A stretch of 63,166 nt of DNA, the filler included, from Rhabdomonas costata (Eukaryota), in NCBI GenBank assembly GCA_019059605.1. It is 25 parts of 25 records of this genome, joined end to end, with 100 filler letters (N's around TTAATTAATTAA, not from the genome) between each part and the next. Parts side by side here need not be neighbours in the genome. Positions count along the whole stretch, not along the records: positions 50,626 to 53,052 come from JAHMHO010003455.1; positions 53,153 to 55,581 come from JAHMHO010003456.1; positions 55,682 to 58,110 come from JAHMHO010003457.1; positions 58,211 to 60,638 come from JAHMHO010003458.1; positions 60,739 to 63,166 come from JAHMHO010003459.1; 20 more parts are not named here. One strand, given 5' to 3'. The number at the start of each line of letters is the position of its first letter. Within the stretch, counting starts at the first letter, position 1. Below, piece by piece: positions 50,816 to 63,166 of the stretch. Under the pieces are notes generated by a model, which did no database searches, was not told the origin of the DNA, and was given only the letters and a program-made list of their open reading frames with translations. A program made the position numbers and the translations under genes.

Positions 50816-53052
50816 TATGACCGAAGATCTCGAGACTCAAATTGTGCCGCTGGTGGCGCAGTCTACCCAGGGGCATTTGCAGACGTATGCTCTGCGGTGT
50901 TTTGATGCTTTTGGCTGGTTGTCTCAAACGGCGATGCCGAGAACCCTCGGGGGGGGGGGACGGTTATTCAGTGTCCCCCTCTTCGCTACCTTTGAGGCCG
51001 CGGTTCTACACTCTGGAAGTTTTCGTTTGGTTTTGTTGTTTTTACTTCATCCAGTCTTCGGTCAAAGTCCGATGGCAGGCGTTTCCTTTGCCTCCTTTAT
51101 TTGTGTGGGTTTGCTCTTTCCTTAAATCACCTTTAGCAAAGTCGACATATCGTGATTTAGATGCTGGTAAGGCAGTCATTGCCGGTCGAATCCCTCCTCA
51201 CACTTCCCTCAATCACGTTCGATCCCGACCCTCTGAGCAAGCGTGTGTACGAGCATCAGCCCCTCTCTCCTGCACGGCAAGTGCATACCATTCTCGCAGC
51301 ACAAGGAATTCTGACACCCAGGAGGAACTCTGAACCTTCCATTCTGCTCGATGGTTACCTCATAACTCTTCTCGTGAACTTTCCAATGTCCAATGGTTTC
51401 TGCTCGGGTTTCAGGTCCAGCCCCTCTCTTCATCACTTCAGAGCGGAGCAGCAGGTGCGGCTCAACCAGAGAGCCTTTTCCCTGGGGGTGTTTGGTGCGG
51501 ACAAGGCCAGCTTCCTGCCGCACTTCTTTCTGCAGCTGAACCACACGCACGCCAGCAGCTCGGTGTTCTTCATCTCCCGGACGGGAGGGCTGTACGGGGC
51601 CTTTGCTGACGAGGATGGGATATCTACTTCCCTGTGGGATTTTGACGAGGTTGCTGCCCTCGGATTTTCGGAGAGTCCTTTTTGGATGTGATCGTCTATT
51701 ATCCCACACCTCGTCTCTTTGACTCTTTGAACGGTTTGTTTTGTCGAATGAACAGCTTGTATCGAATTGGAAGCGGCGGTATCGAATTGGACACGGAACT
51801 TTTCGGAAAGGTTGTGGGCTCAAGGGAAGGGATAAAAGCCGCAAGGCCGCTGACTTTTCTCCCGCTGAGCATATCATTTTTAATCAGAGCACGATGAACC
51901 AGACGGTGTGGTTGGCGGACTCCTTGACGGGGAGGCCTGAGCAGCTGCTGAGGGCCGCTGTTATTGCGCCGTATGAGAGTGCTATCGCTCAGCCGCGGTT
52001 CCAGGCCGCGCATCTACAGGCTGCCTCGGGAGCCATTACATGGACCGAGGTCTGGCCATGGATGGGGCGGCTGTGGCTGTCCTGCGTTGCGGGTATTGCA
52101 TTTTTTTATGCGTTTTGCAGTGCATTCACAAAAAATGGGCTACGGACTCTTTTGTCTTTTTCGGCGCGCTAATTCGTTGCTTCGATAGTCGCAGAGATGG
52201 TAAGTTGAAATGAGGGGAAATCAGCGAATGTTTGCTCTTGGTAGAATAGAGGTAGGCCTCCCTGGACATATGTGCTGTGCTCTGTATAAACATCTTCTCG
52301 TATTGCCGCTGGTTTTCCATTTGCAGGTAAAAACCAAGTCCCTGTTATGTCTAGTAATCACAGCGCGATTTGATGAGGAGGAATTGGCTATGATCGAAAC
52401 CCTGTGAGCACTGTTGTCATTGGCTATGGACTGTTTTGGCCTTCCCCCCCCCCGCTATTCACTTTTGCGTAGCGGCGCTATTCACGCCGTGAGTAGCGTT
52501 CGCTACTCAACGATGCGCATAATGTTTTCCATCACGTTTATCTTCTTCCATTTTAAAGGAGGCTTTGTTGGCGAAACATAGCACAAATGAGAGCAACACA
52601 GGAGAAAAACATGAGAAAACGTACCTGGCGGAAAGTCGTAAAAGTCTTCCAAGCGATCACGAAACCCCTAGGACAGATTATTTTCGGGCGAAGACCAGCG
52701 CCGCGGCGTCGGTTACCTGTCTTTGTTTATCATCGTCCATCAGTAGCAGGGATATGGGATGGATGGATTACATGAGCTTGTGTGCAACAGCCGCCTGAAT
52801 GCGGCTGCTATGTTTGGACCGCTTCGAGTGGATCGTTTCACCAGGCTTATTAATGGACACTTAGACTGACTGGGTCCTGTGATTACGTTGTTTGGTGAGA
52901 GTCCTTTTGGTCGGCAGCGCCCACTTTTTGTTGGGGAAAACACAGGTGTGCACTCGCCTGACGGCCAGTTCTTGGGAGTCACTGGCGTTGACCTCGAGTT
53001 GGGGTTTTTCGACCCGCTGCTGGCGATGACTAACACGGTGGCCCCCACCCCC
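50816..53052 (+). CDS. Cache-type extracellular sensor domain protein, partial
   Basis: Exons include QPRFQAA..ITWTE and GVHSPDGQFLGVTGVDLEL, a Cache C-terminal motif. Confidence 0.6.
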
Positions 53053-53803
53053 NNNNNNNNNNNNNNNNNNNNNNNNNNNNNNNNNNNNNNNNNNNNTTAA
53101 TTAATTAANNNNNNNNNNNNNNNNNNNNNNNNNNNNNNNNNNNNNNNNNNNNGTGGGGGTGGGGGGGTTTAAATTACGTGGCACACGTTCAGCAGTGACC
53201 TTTTTTCTTTAATGTTGACACTGTATGATGTGTTGGACCTGCAATGACGAAAGAAAGTTCCGATAGATGAGAGATTATGAGGTGAAGAACCCTAAGTGCT
53301 CGAAATGTGGCTCCCAGCTGAAGGCCAGTGTGGGTGGCGCTCTGGACGGACATTTGTTGGGCTATATGAAGAAGTTCCAGTGGAGAGCAAACTTGGACGG
53401 CAGGGACCCCTTTCTTTCGTTGATGCAGCACATTCGCGATGGACATTTCCAGTGAATCTTTTTTCATTGCTCTCGCAGGGGTCAGGAAGCGATGCACGTG
53501 TCCCCTGAAAAAAGGTTCACTGGTGAACGTATACCAATATTGTCTCTGAGGGGCATAAAAACAGCTTACGTAATGTAACCCCATTTTGATTAGGTTAGCA
53601 TTCAGAGGTAGTTGACACAGTTGCCAGAGAGTGCTGGCACGGCACAGAAATTCCACCAAACTCAGCATGAAGGGCGGTTGACGGATGAAGATTTTGGACA
53701 GTGCGTGAGAACGAAGGGTTTCGCTGATCCCTGCAGACGCGAGAAGGAGGGCTGCCCATTGCGTCGAGGGCTGAAACCCCCACCGGGAAGAGGGGGAGCG
53801 CAC

Positions 53804-55579
<1,776 letters not shown>

Positions 55580-55949
55580 TCNNNNNNNNNNNNNNNNNNN
55601 NNNNNNNNNNNNNNNNNNNNNNNNNTTAATTAATTAANNNNNNNNNNNNNNNNNNNNNNNNNNNNNNNNNNNNNNNNNNNNGTGGGTGGTCTCCTGCTTC
55701 GAACGCATGGGCACCGGCGCCGCCGGGAACCAGGAGACCACCCGGAGAACCACGCAGCCGAGTACGCCGGCACAAAAACCTGAACCTAAAGGATCAAGAC
55801 AGATTTGAGACCTTCTTGAAGCTATGTTCCTAGTGCCTATTGCCAAGGGTTTTATATGTGACACACTTTTGTGGCTGATTTGCCGTTGCTTCTCCGCCTT
55901 TCCCTAAAAAAGTGGGTGTCGTATAGGGACGGATATTTGTGAAGGGAGT

Positions 55950-56490
55950 CGCATATGATACTGCTATTCTAGGGTGTTTCGCATAATGTACTTGATACCG
56001 TTGTGTTTTTATCGGAGTCACCTTACTACATCATTAAAGACCGGCAACGAAAGGAAGTACGACTGTACGTCAAATTGAGAAAAAGTGTTATTTTTCTTAA
56101 CGTAAAATAACGTTATTCGGCCGCTGTCGGTGGTGGAAGCACCCAAATATTCCATGTGACGCTGTCGGTGTAATCGGAAAAGATGACGTAGAGAATGTTT
56201 CCTCGCATTGTACTTTTTTGTCCACCAGTTTGGGACGATTGCAACCACCACTGCGCAGGCTCATGTCGAAAAAATACCACGCGGAATTGCGATTCGGTGG
56301 AGGATTGATGATACATTGATGATACTTTGTTTATTCTTTCCCGAATATCAACAATACGTTTTCTGTTGGCTGATGCTTCCGACTCCTGAATTGGCTGAAG
56401 ATGATGAGGCTGATTATCTTTGCTTCGTTGTCCGTACCATTCGAAAGATGAACACAAAAAGTACTTTTGGCGCTGGTATGTGCAGTTGAA
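55950..56490 (+). mobile_element. Possible decayed RT (Penelope-like)
   Basis: IRWRIDDTL / YIDDTL motif near 56290-56335 in an AT-richer, stop-interrupted region. Confidence 0.3.
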
Positions 56491-58745
56491 AAGGGCGCAT
56501 TGTGCATTGACCGTTTCCTGGTTTCCTGGTTTCCTGGTTGCTTGGTTGTTGGTGATCACTGTGGACTTACTGGCGCACGCGAAGTTGCCACAGGTTCCAT
56601 AGAGATGGAACGTTGCAGCGGAAGGTGCCTTGGTGAGGAAAACGGCTCACCGCTAAACCCAATAAAGCCCAACGGGTCCCGGGCTATTGTAGCGCAGTTG
56701 CACGCAGTTGCACAGCTGCATGCATTGCCACACTGCTGCTTAGGTCTCTGAGGTTGTTAGGGGAGTTCTTGCTGCCATCTTCGCAGAAACCCCCGTAACA
56801 ACAATGTTGCCTCACCGACTCCGTGCCATTGGGAATCTTCAAGTATTGTCGGAATGAGGGCTATAATTGATCTTTTCTCTGGTATGATAACTGTGCGGAC
56901 CTTCCACACCAGGGTTAGTTCTATGTGCTCTTCACTCAGGCGCACAAAGGGACACAGTCAATGCGGCGTGTTCCCGTGGCAAAAGCGCTCGTCGTCCACA
57001 TTTTGTCAGCGGGTTTCATGTCTTGCCCCAGCGCGTGTGGTCCATGAATTACCGTAAATTATACATTTACCTCGGCTCTATGCCCAATTTTCTCACGTCC
57101 ACTGCCTCTCCAGCTCGCTCAAGTTGATGTTTCGCTATCTATGGCTGTGCTTCATTCAAATGGAGACTTTGGTTTTTGGAGAGTGCTGTTCCCATTTTCG
57201 GCTTTTGGCCTATCCTTCTTCACCAGGAGTACCTGTGGTTGCATTTTGTTGCCTCTTCTTTCTGGTCATCGCTGAAACTTGTGCAGGGCCTCCAGTGGTA
57301 AATACTCCTCCCACTTTACGCGATGACTCCACGTTTCTCATCCACAGGCAGTGAATGAGATACTTCTTGAATGAGTGTATGAGTGGGTGGGTGTGGCTTC
57401 CCATGTGTGTGAATGGGCACAACATCACCCCAATGCCCGCCGTGAGGTCCAGCAAGAACATCAGCGCCGTGAAGCGCCAAAAGAACCAACAGGTGAGCAG
57501 AAAAAACAACACAAGGACACTCCACAGCATCAAACCACAGATACATGAAGAACCACACATACAGGTAGATTGTATACGGAAGCTGACCAGGAAGGTCCGT
57601 GATGGAGGTGGACCGTGCGTGTGGAAGAGCGGAGGCAATACATATGGTTTTTGGTGCGGTAGATATGGAGAAAGATGGGGAGTTACACTGGGGGTTAGTT
57701 GCGGACCTTGACCTTGTGGACGTTACTAAATCAGCGGGATTTGAGTCGACGTGGAAACCCGGTCGCAGCTTGACAATGGGCTCAGCAGCGATGGTCCCAT
57801 GGATGACCTGTAGTGGCACGGCCGGCTAGGGATGACCCATATCAGCGCGCAAGGCAAGATATGATTGACCACATTGAATTACAGTCAAGAGCCGTCCGTG
57901 ATTAGTGATGAATGATGAAGGACGTTCCATGCGGTTCGCCATGACTCAGGACACTAGGTCTGCCCTGGTGGCACAGGAATGCGATCTTAAAACACGGAGA
58001 ATGACTTTGATCCAAGGTTCCGTGTGCAGTCCAGGGCCTTAGAAGCAGCCCCGGTAAACTCCGGTATGAGATGTGGTTGGGCTTTACCAGGGCCCATCGC
58101 CGCTTAATCTNNNNNNNNNNNNNNNNNNNNNNNNNNNNNNNNNNNNNNNNNNNNTTAATTAATTAANNNNNNNNNNNNNNNNNNNNNNNNNNNNNNNNNN
58201 NNNNNNNNNNTTTTGTTTTTTATTTTTGTTGGTTTCATGGCGCCAAGAGCCAGTTTCATGGCCTCGTTTGTCGTGGATTGGTTTACGTTGTGGGCGCTGT
58301 CGCAAAAAAAGGGATACAAGAGGGCATCGCTACTGGTCGAGAGTGAAAGGTAAGAAAAATTCTGACCCCATGGACCCCACTCGATTCTGGTGGTTGGGGT
58401 GGCACAGTGACCGGTGATGGTGCTATGTCTTAGGAACTAGAATAGGGGATTACCGTATGCGTAGGACTGATGGCATAACACCACCACTTAAGCTATGTTA
58501 CCGGAGCCATAGCATGTTGATGCGTGTGGTGGTAGCAGTTAGGTTAAGGTGATGACATGACCGGTGTTGCAGGGTAGCCATGGTGCGAGACTGAGCCGAG
58601 GTGACCGATGCACTATCCACGCAGCTTTTCGGGAGGCGTGCTGTAAAAGGCACAGGTCTTTCGGCTTAACCCTGTGGTCCTCTTGTATTCCGCTGAGGTG
58701 TTTGTTTCACGCGTGCCAATTGCCACCCTTTTTTCTGTCCCTGCA

Positions 58746-60620
58746 ATGGCCAACAAATATGGCTACGATGCTGCGGCCTATGACGCCGCGCTGGCCGCTC
58801 TGAAAGCAGAGGTCGGGGCCCTGCTTCCCCCGCAGCCCATGTATACCGAGGCCTACCTGGGGCGCTTCCTTCGCGCCCGGAAGCTGAATGTTCCTAAGGC
58901 CAAGGCCATGCTGGTGGCCAACCTGCAGTGGAGGAAGACCAACGGCGCGGATACCGTCCTCTCCGGCCCCGCGCCCGACCCCAGGATGGTGCAGGCCCAT
59001 CCCCACGGGTTCTTGGGATTCGGTCGGAACGGTTGCCCGGTGTTCATTGGTGTGTGTGAGACATGCGAACAAGACCTGATTTCTGACAAGTGTTTCTGGT
59101 CAACGAAAGCGGAATGTTAGCTCTCATTGGAGGGGAGGGAGATCTTTCCCGCGTTGCCAGCTTGGGAGGGGTGTTGCGAAAAATCGAAGCGCTCATCTCC
59201 TACCTGGGTATATTCACTTTCTTCCACTGCTGACACAAACCAGCTACCTGCTGAATTGGCACCTCTGGATCCATCTCAGGAGTTTTCAACCCACTGGTGT
59301 ACATAAGGCGCGCATTTTTATAGGAGTGTTGGTGTGGTTTAGGATGTTGCGGGTACGACGTTTCTTGCTTGCGCGCTGATGTCGTGTGGCATTCTGCGTA
59401 ACGATTTGCAAAGGAGCCAGAAGGTCAGGAAAAGTGAGGGTGAGATTGTGCGCAGCATTCACATTTGGTTAGTCTCTCTCTCCCACTCCCTTCTGCATTT
59501 ACTCAGAGCGGACGGGGAAATCGGCCCTGCCCCTTCTGCTTCCTCACCTCAGCTCTGACGCTGTGATGCACTGGAAGGTCTACTTTCAGGAGCAGCTGCA
59601 GCGACTTATGCGGGAAGCGCACACAGAGCAGTGCGTTGTGTTTTTCGTTTGCCCCTTCTGCTCCTTTTCATTCTTTGCTCCCTGGCGGCGATGGCAGGGG
59701 AACAGGTGTTTGTTTCTAGAAGGTTCGTGCTGTGTGCGTGTCTGTGCGTGTACGGAATTGGATTCTTCCTCAGAAGATATGACACACCTCGTGCAAGTAT
59801 TATGTTTGCCAGTGCCCCCAAAAAGTAGTCAATACCGAGGCGGGACCAGCAAGGGCCCACTGCATGTGGGGAAAGAAGTTGGAGTCTTCCCCCCAAAGAA
59901 ACAGTCGGGATGTCGCGTGCCGATTCGCTTTCTGTGTGCCAAGAGAGCTGACATGGGTGCTTTTTTGCGTGGTGGGGGTGGGGGTGTAGACGCGTATCCA
60001 GGCTGCTTTAAAGATCCTGCTATTTCATGAGGTGGGATATATGTGGTCCGCACCCCGACCCCCTCCCTGCTATCCGTGTCTGTGTCTGCTTTTCAGGTGC
60101 ATCGCCGTGATGGACATGGATGGTCTTAGCCTGAAGCAGGCCACCAAGCAGGCGTTGGACTTCTACAAGCTCACCGGTGCGGTGGACGAGGCCAACTATC
60201 CCGAGGAGCTAAACTGTGTCTTCGTGATCAACGCCTCCACAATATTTACCACTCTGTGGAAAGTGGTGAAGTATGTACTGCCCTCCATAGCCGCAGCCAC
60301 ACACTCTGTTCTTTGTCTCTCTGGGGGAGGTCTCCTGCAGAGAGGTACAATCCCCCCCCCGCTGGTTCTTCGGTGTCCTGTGATATATTCTTTGCTTCTT
60401 CATCCTTCTTTCTCTCTTTTCCCTTCGGTTAGGCACTTTTTTGACGAGGGCGTCCGGAGCAAGGTCCGCATTCTGGGCCGCGACTACGCCGCGGAGTTGC
60501 ACCAGGCGATCGCCCCTGAGGAGCTCCCGCCCTTCCTGGGCGGTACTCGCCAGGAGTGCCCCGCGTGGTGCGGCGAGCTCTCGTATCTCAAGCAGTCCGG
60601 GCTGGGCTACACTGCCTCCG
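58746..60620 (+). CDS. SEC14/CRAL-TRIO lipid-binding protein (exons 58746-59049, 59507-59630, 60097-60270, 60433-about 60620)
   Basis: LGRFLRARKLNVPKAKAML..WRK, PHGFLGFGRNGCPVFIER, VMDMDGL, NYPEEL..VINA, SKVRILG and LPPFLGG. Confidence 0.93.
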
Positions 60621-61258
60621 GGTTGATAACCCACACCCNNNNNNNNNNNNNNNNNNNNNNNNNNNNNNNNNNNNNNNNNNNNTTAATTAATTAANNNNNN
60701 NNNNNNNNNNNNNNNNNNNNNNNNNNNNNNNNNNNNNNGTTGTGGGATTGCACTGTCACTACTGGGGGGTGGGGTAACGTGCAGTGTTGCTGCTGGACTT
60801 CCCGCCTCATCCTGCCTGTTTCCTTTTGCTGCTCTACCTTGTAAATAGGACTTTGCCTTGCGTTGGGACGCTTGAAGTGATTTCCTTGACATCTGGAATG
60901 CTTGGCATACCTTATTCTGGCAGGGATTTTCCTTGAAGAGCGGGACCGTAAGATGTGAGACGGGCCATTGCTTCCCTAAGTTCCTGTGAAAGTTGGGAGT
61001 AGTGCCAAAGCAGCGAACTGCACACGCACCCAATTCCATAACACGAGCCGTACACTCACTTTGGTGCGCTGATATCCTCGTACAGTTTCCTCACCTTGTT
61101 GCTGCAGCTTTTCGGCTTCTTCTATTGTCGTTGGGATACCGACAGTTGCGTTGCGTTGAGTTGCCCTTGTGGTTGCCTTGAGAAGGAGGGGGGCCAACGC
61201 TGTGCTTTACCCCTTTGCTGAACCTCCTCTTCCTTCCTTCCTTCTCCTCCCTTGCTAA

Positions 61259-63097
<1,839 letters not shown>

Positions 63098-63166
63098 GCA
63101 CACCCCCAGCTCCCTGCACCATTCAACCCCCCAGTGTCCCTTTCCCCTCTCTTCTCCCCACCCAAC

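Overview
This window is not contiguous DNA. It is 25 unrelated contigs of about 2.43 kb, joined by 100-nt spacers (N44-TTAATTAATTAA-N44). The DNA is intron-rich and eukaryotic, most likely euglenozoan and probably a euglenid: ARL6 has the trypanosome-type DMGGAKKFR switch II, and there is a chagasin, a euglenozoan-style CCCH protein and a PPi-PFK. G/T-only tails at contig ends and fold-back duplications suggest whole-genome amplification. I reconstructed spliced genes or fragments for ARL6 (complete), UXS, PPi-PFK, SEC14, SF3A1, MFAP1, NOC2, ASF1, a CorA channel, a metallophosphoesterase, chagasin, and Cache-, PB1-, RRM- and CCCH-domain proteins. There are also decayed retroelements: Penelope-like with inverted arms, an RLE/CRE-type element, and LINE RT remnants. 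The most notable items are: (1) a tandem family of small Gly/Met/Tyr-rich proteins with repeated LDAMDGRxDGRxYG motifs; (2) frequent GC donors and very degenerate 5' splice sites; (3) pieces of unrelated genes lying next to each other on the same strand (PB1/ASF1, MFAP1/cyclase), which may be real or amplification chimeras; (4) a Penelope-like RT flanked by inverted repeats. All calls come from reading motifs by eye; no database searches were run.
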